The position numbers were made by a program, and so were the translations under genes. This document shows positions 19,503 to 29,649 of a stretch of DNA of 64,000 bases, piece by piece. The DNA is from Dehalococcoidia bacterium (GTDB taxonomy: Bacteria; Chloroflexota; Dehalococcoidia; Plut-88900): assembly GCA_965207225.1 (NCBI GenBank), contig CBDBLV010000005.1, positions 1,856,001 through 1,920,000 of the forward strand, read 5' to 3'. The first letter of the stretch is position 1. Each line of letters begins with the position of its first letter. Under the pieces are notes generated by a model. The model had not been told where the DNA came from. It did no database searches and saw only the letters and a program-made list of their open reading frames with translations.

Positions 19503-20759
19503 CTAGCGCTTATAGACGAGGAGCTTTTCGATCTTAACACCCTTCATTTCGGCGACGGTGATGCGGCGACCCTGGAAGCGGAAGGTCTCGCCTTCGGAGG
19601 GTATGTGGGAGAGCATTTCGAGGGCGAAACCGGCGAAGGTCTCGTATTCGCCGTCGGGGATGCTGAGGCCGAGGGTCTCATTGGCCTCGTCTATGGGCAT
19701 GCCGCCGTCAACTTGAAAGGCGCCGGACTCGAGCTCTTCTACCTCGTCGCGGGTGGTCTCGTCGTCGGCGACCCGGCCCATGATGGAAGCGACGAGCTGC
19801 TGGTTGGTGACCAGACCCGAGACGCCACCGTATTCGTCGACAACGAGGTACATCTGATGGCCGGAGGAGCGCATTTCGAAGAAGAGGTCGCCGAGGCGCT
19901 TGGTCTCGGGGACGAAGGGGACCTGGCGTACGAGCTCGATTAGCTTGCTTTCGTACTGGACCTGACCGTTGTGGAGGGCGCGGATGACGTCTCGGGTGTG
20001 GAGCAAGCCGACGACGTTGTCATAGGACTCCTTGTAGATGGGGAATCGGGAGAGAGGGGAGGACTCGTACTCGTCGAGGAATGCCTTCAGGGTGATGTCT
20101 TCGTCGAGCCAGACCATCTCCGTGCGAGGGGTCATAACTTCTTTGACCAGACGTTCCCGGAAGACAAGGACGTTCTGGAGCATCCTGGCCTGCTGACGGT
20201 CCACGGCACCTACTTCCCGGCTTACGTGGATAACCGAGCGGAGGACCTCGGGGCTGACCAGGGTGCGGGAGCCGACGCGCCCGCCACTCAGGTTGATGAT
20301 GGCGCGGCCAATCAGCTGTAAGCCAAAGGAGATGGGCATCAGGAGAATTTCAACCAGGGCGAAGGGCCTGAGGTAGGTGAATGCGAGCCATTCGGAGTGA
20401 CGGCTGGCGAAGGTCTTGGGGATGACCTCGCTGAATATGAGGAGGAGGAAGGTCAAGCCGGCGGTTGCAACTATTACGCCGGTATTCTCCCCCAGCCAGC
20501 TCACGGCGAGCGCCGTTCCGACGGAGGCGGCGGCGATGTTGACGAGATTGTTGCCGAGAAGCACCGTTGACAGGGTGCGCTCGGGGGCATCCAGACGCTC
20601 TAACATCTTTTCGGCGCCGTGGCGGCGCACGTTGACGAAATGCAAAATCCTCACGCGCTCCAGGGACATGAAGGCCGTTTCCGAACTGGAAAAGAAGGCC
20701 GACAGCACCAGGAAAAGGGCGATGAGGGAAATGCTGATGATTGTGCCCTCGGTTGTCAT
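19503..20759 (-). CDS. CNNM/hemolysin-family protein (DUF21-CBS-CorC)
   Basis: SAFFSSSETA, LLGNNLVNI, EVIPK, EVMTPR, SRFPIY, VDEYGG. Confidence 0.9.
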   Translation of the reverse strand: MTTEGTIISISLIALFLVLSAFFSSSETAFMSLERVRILHFVNVRRHGAEKMLERLDAPERTLSTVLLGNNLVNIAAASVGTALAVSWLGENTGVIVATAGLTFLLLIFSEVIPKTFASRHSEWLAFTYLRPFALVEILLMPISFGLQLIGRAIINLSGGRVGSRTLVSPEVLRSVIHVSREVGAVDRQQARMLQNVLVFRERLVKEVMTPRTEMVWLDEDITLKAFLDEYESSPLSRFPIYKESYDNVVGLLHTRDVIRALHNGQVQYESKLIELVRQVPFVPETKRLGDLFFEMRSSGHQMYLVVDEYGGVSGLVTNQQLVASIMGRVADDETTRDEVEELESGAFQVDGGMPIDEANETLGLSIPDGEYETFAGFALEMLSHIPSEGETFRFQGRRITVAEMKGVKIEKLLVYKR

Positions 20760-20914
20760 TGTTGGTCTCCTGTTGGCCGCTGAATGGCGGCGTATCTGGA
20801 CATTATATCCGGGGCAGCCTACCGCTCGAAGAACAAGGAACCTGAAGTCTGCTCAATCATCTTTCCAGCTGACATTTGTTAGAATCTTCACTGCGGCTCT
20901 TGGAAATCAACCGT

Positions 20915-23900
20915 ATGGACCTATCGGGCCTGATCGAGTGTGTGATCCGGGACCCTGCTGTCAGGGGCCTGATTCAGACAGTCGCGTCCAGAAACCCGCT
21001 TTCGGCAGTTGTTCTGGATTCGGCCAAGCCCTGCCTGGTGGCTGCGCTGAGGCGAGAACTGGGCAGGCCTATCCTGGTGGTTACGGCACGGGGTGGGGGT
21101 GCGGTGGCGATGCAGGAGCAGATATCCCTCTGGTCTTCTTCCGGTGAAGAGGTGAGTCTTTTCCCGGAGCCCGACGTCCTGCCCTACGAGGCTCGGGGGT
21201 GGGACCCGGCGGTGGCGCTGGACCGGATAAGGGTACTGGACGTGCTGGTGAACGAGTCGCGTGGGGCTGGGCCGGTAGTCGTGACCAGCATTCCTGCAAT
21301 TGCACTGAAAACCCTGTCCCGAAAGCGCTATGCAGACCTTTGTTTCGAGGTGCGGGCCGGGGGTAGGATTGCGCAGCGAGAGCTTATCGAGCGGCTGCTG
21401 GCTGCTGGGTATTATTCGGATGGGCCGGTGGAGCTGCCGGGTACGTTTGCAAGGCGCGGCGGGATTATCGACGTTTATCCCCCAACGGAAGACCGGCCGG
21501 TGCGGCTGGACTTCTTCGGGGATGAGGTTGAGAGTGTGCGGGGGTTTGATCCGGGTACGCAGGCCTCGACAGAAAGCCTGAACAAGGTGAGGATAGGGCC
21601 GGCGAGAGAGTCGCTGCTTGATGAGGAGTCAGAGGTAGGGTGGAAGGACATTGTGGAATTGATAGACCTATCCGGATGTACGGCGGAGACAGTGGCTAAC
21701 TTCAGGAATGAAGTTGAAGGGTATGTGTCGGGGGTGGGGCTGGAAAGCAGGGATGCTTACTTGCAGCTGTTCCAGAAGGGGAGTTTCCTGGAATACCTGC
21801 CTAAGGACACAGTTGTACTGCTGGAAGGCGGGGCTTTACTGGAGAGCGCGTATGTCGAACTCCTGGAGCAGGCGGAGGAGGTACGGGCAGGCCGAGTAGA
21901 CAAGGGAGAACTGCCGAGTGCGATCCCGGCCGCATTCCCAGAATGGAAAGATGTCCGGATGTCGTTGGAGGAATCGGGGACGGTGGTGCGGCTGGAGGGG
22001 TGGGATAGGGCGGGGGAGCCGGATGCAGGGATGATGGATTTCGCACCGACTCCGAATTTCGGCGGGCACCTTCGATATTTCTTGAGAGATTTGCGTGGGA
22101 TGCTGGAGGAGGGGTGTCGGGTTGCGATTGTGAGTCACCAAGCGGAGAGGTTAGCCGAGCTGCTGGCCGAGGTGGATGTGTTCACACCTGTCTTGCCCGG
22201 CATTAAGGATCTCCCCACTCCAGGCGCACCTCTGCTAGTAAAGGGGTCGGTGGCCGAGGGTTGGACGTTGAAAGGTTCGGGCAGGGAGAAGCCGCTGGTC
22301 CTATTCACGGACAAGGAGATATTCGGGTACGTGAAGCAGCGGCGGACGTCAAGGCGGAGACCGGTCAAGAAAGAGGCTTTCGCCTCGGAGATAAAGGTCG
22401 GGGAGTACGTGGTACACGTCGACCACGGGATCGGGCGGTTCGTAGGGGTGACGACGATGAAGCGGGACGAGGGAGAACGGGAATACCTCACCATTGAGTA
22501 TGCGGATGCTGCCCGGCTGTACGTGCCGAATGACAGCGTTGACCGGGTGGCGCCGTACATAGGGTCAGGGGAGGGGCCACCGGTGATGAACCGGCTGGGG
22601 ACACAGGAGTGGAACCGGGCCAAGAAGAAGGTCAAGGAGTCGACGGAGAAAATTGCTCGGGAGTTGCTGGCCCTGTATGCGAAGCGGGAGATGAAGAAGG
22701 GGTATTCCTATTCGCAGGACAACTCCTGGCTCCAGGAGATGGAGGCATCTTTCCCATACGTGGAGACCGCGGACCAGATGGAGACTATCCGGGACGTGAA
22801 GCGGGACATGGAGCAACCCAGGCCTATGGACCGGCTGGTGTGTGGGGACGTGGGGTACGGGAAGACAGAGGTGGCGGTAAGGGCGGCTTTCAAGGCTGTC
22901 CTGGACGGCAGGCAGGTTGCAGTGCTAGTCCCGACCACCGTACTTGCTCAGCAGCATCTGCAAACGTTCAGGGAGCGGCTGAAGGCTTTTCCGGTGGAGA
23001 TTGAGGTACTGAGCCGGTTCAGGTCAGTGAAGGAGCAGAAGTCGGTGCTTGTGAGGCTGGAGGAGGGCAGCGTGGATGTTTGCATCGGGACGCACCGGTT
23101 GTTGCAGAAGGACGTGGAGTTCAAGGACCTGGGTCTGGTGGTTATCGACGAAGAGCAGAGATTCGGGGTGGCGCACAAGGAGAGGCTTAAGAAAATGCGG
23201 GAAGAGGTGGACGTGCTGACCCTGAGCGCCACCCCGATCCCGAGGACTTTACACATGTCCCTGGTTGGGGTGCGGGACATGAGCACCATGGAGACGCCCC
23301 CAGAGGAGCGGCTGCCGATCAGGACTTACGTACAGGAATACGACGACGATTTGGTGCGGGAGGCGATACTGCGCGAGATGGACCGGGGCGGCCAGGTCTT
23401 TTTTGTGCACAACCGGGTGCAGAGCATCGAAGTGCTAGCGCAGAGATTGCGCAAGCTGGTGCCAGAGGCCCGGGTTGCGGTGGGGCACGGCCAGATGAAT
23501 GAGACCCAGCTGGAAAGGGTAATGGTGGACTTCGCAGACCGGGACTACGACGTGCTGGTTTGCACTACGATTATCGAGTCGGGGCTGGACATGCCCAACG
23601 TGAACACGATTATCGTGCACCAGGCTGACAGGATGGGTTTGTCCCAGCTGTACCAGCTGAGAGGCCGGGTGGGCAGGGGGGCCGACCGCGCGTACGCCTA
23701 CTTCTTCTTCGACCGGTACAAGGCCATAAGTGAGGTGGCAGAGAAGCGGCTCAAGGCGATACAGGCGGCGACGGAGCTAGGGGCAGGGTTCCGTATAGCG
23801 ATGAAGGACCTGGAAATCAGGGGGGCGGGGAACTTGCTGGGGGTGGAGCAGAGCGGGCACATTGCCGCAGTGGGGTTTGATCTGTACTGTGCGATGCTGG

Positions 23901-24436
23901 GTCGGGCGATAGAAGAGTTGAGGACGTTGGGCTTTGACGGAATGGACGGGAATGGAGCTTCGAACCTGGTCCTCCCGCTGGACTCCCAAACGGCAGTTGA
24001 CATCCCGATACCCGCGTACCTGCCGGAGGACTATGTACCGGGTCTTGAGGTGCGATTGGCGTTGTACCAACGGTTGGCCAGGCTTCGGGAACTCGAGGGA
24101 GTGGATGCTATGGCACGGGAGATGGAGGACAGGTTCGGGGCCCGGCCGACGGAGGTGGAGAACCTCCTGTATCTACTAAGGCTAAAGCTGCTGGCTTCTG
24201 AACGGGGTATAACGAGAATAGCGCGTGACGGAAAGCAGATCGTGTTGTATCTGGGGCCGGAGGCGCGGGTGAACGGTAAAGACAACAGCACAATGGGGAG
24301 GAGGGTCAAGGTGGGAAGCAGGCAGGTGCGGATCGATGTGGAGTCGGGGGTGGGGGGATGGCAGAGGATTCTTGAGGAGGTTGTGGAGCGGGTCTATGTG
24401 GTGGAGGGGAGGGAGCTTGCGGGCACGCGCAGTTGA
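20915..24436 (+). CDS. mfd: Transcription-repair coupling factor
   Basis: RRGGIIDVY, VVHVDHGIG, CGDVGYGKTEVA, DEEQRFGV, SATPIPRTL, QLRGRVGR, DLEIRGAGNLLG. Confidence 0.97.
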   Translation: MDLSGLIECVIRDPAVRGLIQTVASRNPLSAVVLDSAKPCLVAALRRELGRPILVVTARGGGAVAMQEQISLWSSSGEEVSLFPEPDVLPYEARGWDPAVALDRIRVLDVLVNESRGAGPVVVTSIPAIALKTLSRKRYADLCFEVRAGGRIAQRELIERLLAAGYYSDGPVELPGTFARRGGIIDVYPPTEDRPVRLDFFGDEVESVRGFDPGTQASTESLNKVRIGPARESLLDEESEVGWKDIVELIDLSGCTAETVANFRNEVEGYVSGVGLESRDAYLQLFQKGSFLEYLPKDTVVLLEGGALLESAYVELLEQAEEVRAGRVDKGELPSAIPAAFPEWKDVRMSLEESGTVVRLEGWDRAGEPDAGMMDFAPTPNFGGHLRYFLRDLRGMLEEGCRVAIVSHQAERLAELLAEVDVFTPVLPGIKDLPTPGAPLLVKGSVAEGWTLKGSGREKPLVLFTDKEIFGYVKQRRTSRRRPVKKEAFASEIKVGEYVVHVDHGIGRFVGVTTMKRDEGEREYLTIEYADAARLYVPNDSVDRVAPYIGSGEGPPVMNRLGTQEWNRAKKKVKESTEKIARELLALYAKREMKKGYSYSQDNSWLQEMEASFPYVETADQMETIRDVKRDMEQPRPMDRLVCGDVGYGKTEVAVRAAFKAVLDGRQVAVLVPTTVLAQQHLQTFRERLKAFPVEIEVLSRFRSVKEQKSVLVRLEEGSVDVCIGTHRLLQKDVEFKDLGLVVIDEEQRFGVAHKERLKKMREEVDVLTLSATPIPRTLHMSLVGVRDMSTMETPPEERLPIRTYVQEYDDDLVREAILREMDRGGQVFFVHNRVQSIEVLAQRLRKLVPEARVAVGHGQMNETQLERVMVDFADRDYDVLVCTTIIESGLDMPNVNTIIVHQADRMGLSQLYQLRGRVGRGADRAYAYFFFDRYKAISEVAEKRLKAIQAATELGAGFRIAMKDLEIRGAGNLLGVEQSGHIAAVGFDLYCAMLGRAIEELRTLGFDGMDGNGASNLVLPLDSQTAVDIPIPAYLPEDYVPGLEVRLALYQRLARLRELEGVDAMAREMEDRFGARPTEVENLLYLLRLKLLASERGITRIARDGKQIVLYLGPEARVNGKDNSTMGRRVKVGSRQVRIDVESGVGGWQRILEEVVERVYVVEGRELAGTRS

Positions 24437-24495
24437 ATAGACTCTTGGTTTCTGTACCTAAGGTTCCACCGACGAGTATGTTTGCGATCGTTTTC

Positions 24496-24532
24496 ACCCT
24501 CACCTCAACCCTCTCCCGTCAAGGGAGGGGGG
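24496..24532. repeat. REP-like CCCTCACC..CCCTCTCCC..GGGAG palindrome
   Basis: Same family as copies at 38.87, 39.07, 39.24 and 40.35 kb; sits just after the mfd stop. Confidence 0.6.
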
Positions 24533-24546
24533 TTAGGCAGTAGGTT

Positions 24547-25368
24547 TTGCCGCCTCGGAGAGTATTGGAACATCTCAATAGCCTCTCTCGGATATTGAGG
24601 GCGGAGCGGGTGGGATTGTTTACGGACTTTGATGGGACACTGACACCCATCTTCGAAGATCCACGGGACACGGTGTTGGACTCAGCCATTAGGGAGAGTT
24701 TGAGTGTGCTTTCGGGGAGGCTGGAGATGGTGGCCGTAGTATCAGGGAGGAGGGTAGGATATCTGAGGGGGGCGGTGGGGTTGGGGGGTATTACCTACGT
24801 AGGCAATCACGGGCTGGAGGTGTGGCCGATGGGGAGGGAAGCCACGGAATCGCGGGCTGAGACTGTTACAGGACTCGAAGAGGATGTGGCAGTCGAAATC
24901 TCCGAGCTGGGCGTAGGTGGGCTGTACGTGGAGGGTAAGGGACCAATCGTCTCCGTGCACTACCGCAACGCTTCCGAGCCAGACTTGGCAAGGTCACTGG
25001 TGCTGGCGATGATGCGTCCATTCGCCGAGACTCGGAAGCTCAGGGTCAGAGAAGGGAAGATGGTCGTGGAACTGGCGCCCGATGTTGATGTCAACAAAGG
25101 CACTGCAGTCAAAGAGTTGGCTCGGGGGACGGGGCTGACCGGGATCATAGTGCTGGGGGATGACGTTACAGACTGCGACGCATTCGATGCGGTGCACACA
25201 TTGGCGGAGACGGAAGGACTCGGGGCGGCGGCGGTGGCAGTTGTGGACGGGGAGACACCTCCAGACGTTATTCTGAAGGCCGATTTCTGGCTGGATGGGA
25301 GGGGGGAGGTGGAGGAATTCTTGCGGTGGATGGCCTATGACTCACCGAGGGCGGAGAGGAAGCTGTAG
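24547..25368 (+). CDS. otsB: Trehalose-6-phosphate phosphatase
   Basis: DFDGTLTP, VVSGR, GNHGLE, SVHYR, GKMVVEL, NKG, GDDVTD. Confidence 0.9.
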   Translation: MPPRRVLEHLNSLSRILRAERVGLFTDFDGTLTPIFEDPRDTVLDSAIRESLSVLSGRLEMVAVVSGRRVGYLRGAVGLGGITYVGNHGLEVWPMGREATESRAETVTGLEEDVAVEISELGVGGLYVEGKGPIVSVHYRNASEPDLARSLVLAMMRPFAETRKLRVREGKMVVELAPDVDVNKGTAVKELARGTGLTGIIVLGDDVTDCDAFDAVHTLAETEGLGAAAVAVVDGETPPDVILKADFWLDGRGEVEEFLRWMAYDSPRAERKL

Positions 25369-26732
25369 GACCAGTCCTCGGCGGTGTGGCGGCTGATGCC
25401 ACTAAAGAGGGACTTCCAGCGACGCAGGCGCTCTTCCTCGGGCATGGTGAGGGCGCGGTAGATGACGGAAGCGGTGCGCTGGGTGTCGTAGGGGTTGACC
25501 ATGAGGGCGTCCTGCATGGACTCGGCGGCGCCGCAGAAACGAGATAGTACGAGGACGCCGGGGTCGGAGGTCTGGGAGGCGACGAACTCCTTGGCAACGA
25601 GGTTCATGCCGTCCCGGAGCGGAGTTACAAGACAGGCGTCGGCTTTCCGGTAGAAGTGGGCGAGGTCCTGTTGAGAATAGGATCGGTGAAGGGGGAGGAT
25701 GGGCATCCAGTGGGCCTCGCCGAATTTTCCGTTGATCTGGCCTACGAGGGAGTCGAGCTGGGCGCGTTCGTCGGCGTATTCAGGGACGTTGACCCTGCTC
25801 GGAGCGGCGATCTGGACGAGGGTTACGCGGCCTCGGAGGTCGGGGCGGGTATCCAGCAGTCGGTCGATGGCCTGCATCCGTTGGGCGATTCCCTTGGTGT
25901 AGTCGAGCCGGTCAACGCCGAGGAGGACTTTCTTGTCTCTGGTGAAGTCGTCCAGAAAGCGGGTGACAGGGGTTGGGGTCCGGCTGGAGGCCATCTGCCG
26001 GAAGGCTTGGGCGTCGGTGCTGACGGGGAACGGCCGTATTTTCAAGGCCTGGCCGCGGTAGTACACCCTGTCGCCGATAAGGGTGGCGCCAAGCTCGTCG
26101 CCCATGGACTCTTCCAGGTTATAAGCGTATCTGCGGGTCTGGAGGCCTACGAGATCGTAGGCAAAGAGTCGGGAGAGGAGCTTTCGGGCCCAGGGAAGGA
26201 TGCCGAAGATCTCGGAAGGTGGGAAGGGGCTGTGCAGGAAGAAACCGATTTTTCCGGTCCACCCCAGCTTCCGGAGGGCGTGGCCGAGAGGGAAGAGGTG
26301 GTAGTCGTGGACCCAGACGAGGTCGTCGGGACTGAGGAGGCCTATAAGGACATCGGCATATTTTCGATTAACGTCTCGATAGATGCGGTAGCTATCGTGG
26401 CTGATGGTGGCCTTGTCGGGGAAGGAGTGAAGGAGGGGCCAGAGGGTCTGGTTGGAGAAAATGGTGTAGAAGTGGTCGACCTCCCTGGGGGAGAGGGAAA
26501 CGGAGGCGAGCCTGATACCATCGACGTCGGAGAGGGAAGGGGATACAGGTCCAGGCGGGCCGTCAGGCAGGCCGTCCCAGCCCATCCAGAGGCCGCCGCG
26601 GCTCAGGAGGAGGGGTCGGAGGGCGCTGACGAGACCACCGACTGGGAGATTGCGTCGGTCTTCCGGTGTGGAGGGCACGGCGACGGAAGGCGCCCTATTG
26701 GAGACAACGACTACCCGGCCATTACCGCCCAT
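25335..26732 (-). CDS. otsA: Trehalose-6-phosphate synthase
   Basis: [52 protein letters not shown]. Confidence 0.93.
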   Translation of the reverse strand: MGGNGRVVVVSNRAPSVAVPSTPEDRRNLPVGGLVSALRPLLLSRGGLWMGWDGLPDGPPGPVSPSLSDVDGIRLASVSLSPREVDHFYTIFSNQTLWPLLHSFPDKATISHDSYRIYRDVNRKYADVLIGLLSPDDLVWVHDYHLFPLGHALRKLGWTGKIGFFLHSPFPPSEIFGILPWARKLLSRLFAYDLVGLQTRRYAYNLEESMGDELGATLIGDRVYYRGQALKIRPFPVSTDAQAFRQMASSRTPTPVTRFLDDFTRDKKVLLGVDRLDYTKGIAQRMQAIDRLLDTRPDLRGRVTLVQIAAPSRVNVPEYADERAQLDSLVGQINGKFGEAHWMPILPLHRSYSQQDLAHFYRKADACLVTPLRDGMNLVAKEFVASQTSDPGVLVLSRFCGAAESMQDALMVNPYDTQRTASVIYRALTMPEEERLRRWKSLFSGISRHTAEDWSYSFLSALGES

Positions 26733-26845
26733 AATCCTCCGAGTCGTGGTGCGGTCCCGTGGCTAAGGGATTGAAATTGGCCCACTGCGGTCCGTCCCGA
26801 CTAACCAAACATACTCTAGGTGAGAGAGGGATGGGGTGCAAGGGG

Positions 26846-27556
26846 TTAGGGGATGGATGTCAAGAGTGGCAGGCTGGGCAGTTCCACAAGGTTGGCGATA
26901 ACTGCGCAGTCCTGGTGGGTAGAGAGGCCCGTTCTGTCGATGAGGACTGGCGTGATGCCCGACCCTCTGGCCCCGGCTACGTCTGAATAGTATTGATCGC
27001 CGACGTGTATGGCTTCATCGGGTTGGACGCCGGCCTTGGAGAGGGCGAGTTCAAAGATTGCGGGATGGGGCTTTTCGGAGCCGGCTTCCTTGGAGGTTAC
27101 CCAGAAGTCGAGGGAGTCTGCGAGGCCGAGTCGGGTACAGGTGCGGTTAAGGTCAGAATAGATGTTGCTGATCATGCCGACGATGAGGCCTCGGAACTTG
27201 AGGGTGTCAATGCAGGGAAGGGCGTCGTCGTAGAGCGCGAGGTGGTAAGGGATGGCTCGGATCGCTTGAAAAATCTCACCGGCGAGTTGCAAAGGGACTT
27301 CTACACCCGCTCCACGGAGGATAAGGCGTTCGTATTCGGCGAAAAAGTCCCACTGTTCCTGTTCAGTTCGCTTGGCCAGGTGGAACTTGGCGTTTTCCCG
27401 GGCCATATAGTCGTCGGCTTCGACATATCCAGATATGATGCCTGCTTTGTCGACCTGGATGCTGTATTCGGAGCAGACCTGTTGCTGGAGGTCTTCGCGA
27501 AGAGGGTCGAAGTGGGCCAGAGTGTTATAGAGGTCGAAGAAGATGGCTTTCAGCAT
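26846..27556 (-). CDS. HAD-family hydrolase
   Basis: FFDLYNTL, ISN, EKPHPAIF, HVGD..SDVAGA. Confidence 0.85.
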   Translation of the reverse strand: MLKAIFFDLYNTLAHFDPLREDLQQQVCSEYSIQVDKAGIISGYVEADDYMARENAKFHLAKRTEQEQWDFFAEYERLILRGAGVEVPLQLAGEIFQAIRAIPYHLALYDDALPCIDTLKFRGLIVGMISNIYSDLNRTCTRLGLADSLDFWVTSKEAGSEKPHPAIFELALSKAGVQPDEAIHVGDQYYSDVAGARGSGITPVLIDRTGLSTHQDCAVIANLVELPSLPLLTSIP

Positions 27557-27644
27557 TGGGAGGCACCAAGGCGTATCAGGAATGTAGAGGTCGAGAGTAT
27601 ACAACGCTGGCTATAATTGGACTTGGGCCAGATCGACCTAGCTT

Positions 27645-28370
27645 ATGAAGGACGGGCGAGGCATCAGTCTTTCAACGTTTATAGCCACCGGCAAGGATTC
27701 CTTCCTGGACATGCTATTTCCGAAGCGCTGCGTGGCGTGTGACCGGCATGGAGCATTCATCTGCGGGGGGTGCGAGTCGGGGATGCAGGTGATCGGGGCG
27801 CCGCGATGTCACAGATGCGGGAATCCGGGCCCTGGCCCGTGTCTCTGCATAGCCGCAGCGGACCGTGTCTGGCCCCTGGACGGGATGAGATCGGGGTTTG
27901 AGTTTGAGACCCCGGTAAGGGAGGCGATCCTGGCTTTGAAGTTTGCCAACCTGCGGTCGGTAGGGAGCATCCTGTCAGCGTATCTGGCGGGGACGCTGAG
28001 AGAGGACGGCCTGAAGTTTGACGTGTTGATGCCTGTACCTCTACACAGGCGCCGGATGAGGCAGAGGGGATACAACCAATCGGAGATTCTGGCCGCAGGA
28101 CTTGGAAAGGAGATGGGCATCGAGGTAGACAAGGGATGCTTGCGACGGGTGACGTATCTCGGGCCGCAAGCCCGGGCTTCGACTGCTGATGAGAGACGGG
28201 CCAATGTGGCTCAAGCGTTTGAATGCAGGCCAGGTGGGGTGGAGGGGAAAAGGGTGGCTGTCATCGACGACGTGACGACAACAGGGGCGACGCTGAGGTC
28301 TTGCGCAGCGGCGCTGAAGAGGGACGGTGCAGTGGAGGTGTGGGGAATTACGGTAGCCCGGGAGCTGTAG
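27645..28370 (+). CDS. comF: ComF-family protein (zinc ribbon + PRTase fold)
   Basis: FPKRCVAC..CGGC..CHRC, PVPLH..RGYNQ, IDDVTTTGAT. Confidence 0.88.
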   Translation: MKDGRGISLSTFIATGKDSFLDMLFPKRCVACDRHGAFICGGCESGMQVIGAPRCHRCGNPGPGPCLCIAAADRVWPLDGMRSGFEFETPVREAILALKFANLRSVGSILSAYLAGTLREDGLKFDVLMPVPLHRRRMRQRGYNQSEILAAGLGKEMGIEVDKGCLRRVTYLGPQARASTADERRANVAQAFECRPGGVEGKRVAVIDDVTTTGATLRSCAAALKRDGAVEVWGITVAREL

Positions 28371-28379
28371 GGAGCCGGG

Positions 28380-29486
28380 ATGGGAAATTCGGTGTTTGCA
28401 ACATTTGTCGGAGGGTGGGGGGAGAGCGAACCGGAGCGGGCATTGGCATCGGCACAGTGTGCAATTGCTCTACATAACATCGAACAAGTTATTGCTTGTG
28501 ACGTTTTTGATCAGCATGTAATCGTTACAGATGAGCCTGAGCTACTGCACATAACGTGCGCCCAACCAGAAATTGAGAGATCTCCGGATCCCTTTCATTT
28601 CGGGCGGTGTCTGAAGGATGTTCTGGATGGTTACGATGCGGACAGGGCTTGCTGTTTGGGGGGCGGTTCGATGGTGTTGGCGTCAGGGTCGGTGTTCCGG
28701 GGGGTGGGGGAGCGGTTAATGAAGGGAAGAAACATCGTGATCACCAACAATTTGTACTCGGGAGACATGACGGCATTTACACCAGTGGACGCCCTAGAAC
28801 AGATCCCGTTACCGGAGATAGACAACCCCCTGCCCCGACTGCTGAGGGACTACGCGGGCCTCGGGGCGGTGGCGTTGGAGAAGGGCATCGAGACCATGTT
28901 GGATGTGGACACACCCACCGATCTGGCAGTGCTTTCCCTTTATCCTCACCTTCCCGATGGCATTAGACCGGCAATGACGGCAACAGAGCTGCAGAAGGGT
29001 CAACTAAGAAGGGTGATGGCCTGCTTCACAGATAAGGAAGCCCGGGTCACGGTGACGGGTCGGGTGAACAGCTACGTATGGTCCAAACTGGAAACGGACA
29101 CGGCGTGTCGGTGTCGAGTGGTGTCTGAAGGAAGGGGTATGAGGGCAGAGGGGTCGGGTGGGGGTGGCAGTTCGGTCATGGGTTATATATTGGAATCGGC
29201 TGGGGTGAAGGGATTCTTCGATAAGCTGGGGGAGATGGGAGACGCTGCATTCCTGGACAGCCGGGTGCTGTTTGCTCACATGGGCAAGAGATTCAGCACT
29301 GCTGACAGGTTCCATTCGGACATGCTGAAGCCCGACGAGATATCCGACCCCTGGCTGAAGGAGTTCACCCTCGGGGCGATGGAGGCGTCGATACCGGTTG
29401 TGTTGGGAGGGCACTCATTGGTGTCGGGAGGGTTGCTGGCGCTAATCGACGCTGCTTGGGAGGGGTTTGTGAGTGATTCGAATTGA
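28380..29486 (+). CDS. Hypothetical protein with CofC/MobA-like nucleotidyltransferase N-terminal region
   Basis: 368-aa ORF in operon position; LDVDTPTDL resembles the D[VI]DTPxDL motif of CofC/MobA-type GT-A folds. Confidence 0.55.
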   Translation: MGNSVFATFVGGWGESEPERALASAQCAIALHNIEQVIACDVFDQHVIVTDEPELLHITCAQPEIERSPDPFHFGRCLKDVLDGYDADRACCLGGGSMVLASGSVFRGVGERLMKGRNIVITNNLYSGDMTAFTPVDALEQIPLPEIDNPLPRLLRDYAGLGAVALEKGIETMLDVDTPTDLAVLSLYPHLPDGIRPAMTATELQKGQLRRVMACFTDKEARVTVTGRVNSYVWSKLETDTACRCRVVSEGRGMRAEGSGGGGSSVMGYILESAGVKGFFDKLGEMGDAAFLDSRVLFAHMGKRFSTADRFHSDMLKPDEISDPWLKEFTLGAMEASIPVVLGGHSLVSGGLLALIDAAWEGFVSDSN

Positions 29487-29511
29487 CGAGTTTCGAAGGC
29501 TGGAATAAAAT
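29483..29511 (+). promoter_or_regulatory. sigma70 promoter of glyA
   Basis: TTGACG-17 nt-TAAAAT. Confidence 0.75.
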
Positions 29512-29575
29512 TTACTGCTGACGGAAAGAGACATAGGGCCCTACGGCACGGGCGGGTCCAGGCTCCCGAACAGGC

Positions 29576-29607
29576 AGGCACTCTCTTCAGGAAGTGCCTT
29601 CTTTGTT
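29576..29607 (+). terminator. Intrinsic terminator/attenuator in the glyA leader
   Basis: AGGCACT (29576-82) pairs with AGTGCCT (29593-99), followed by TCTTTGTT. Confidence 0.55.
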
Positions 29608-29649
29608 GGGAATTGGCGGCGGCCCCGGGCCCCGGAAGCAGAGGCGATA

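Noticed and set aside
29512-29607. Calling the glyA leader a canonical ZTP, glycine or SAH riboswitch
   Set aside because: Each match is fragmentary and key conserved elements are missing; kept as an unassigned candidate.
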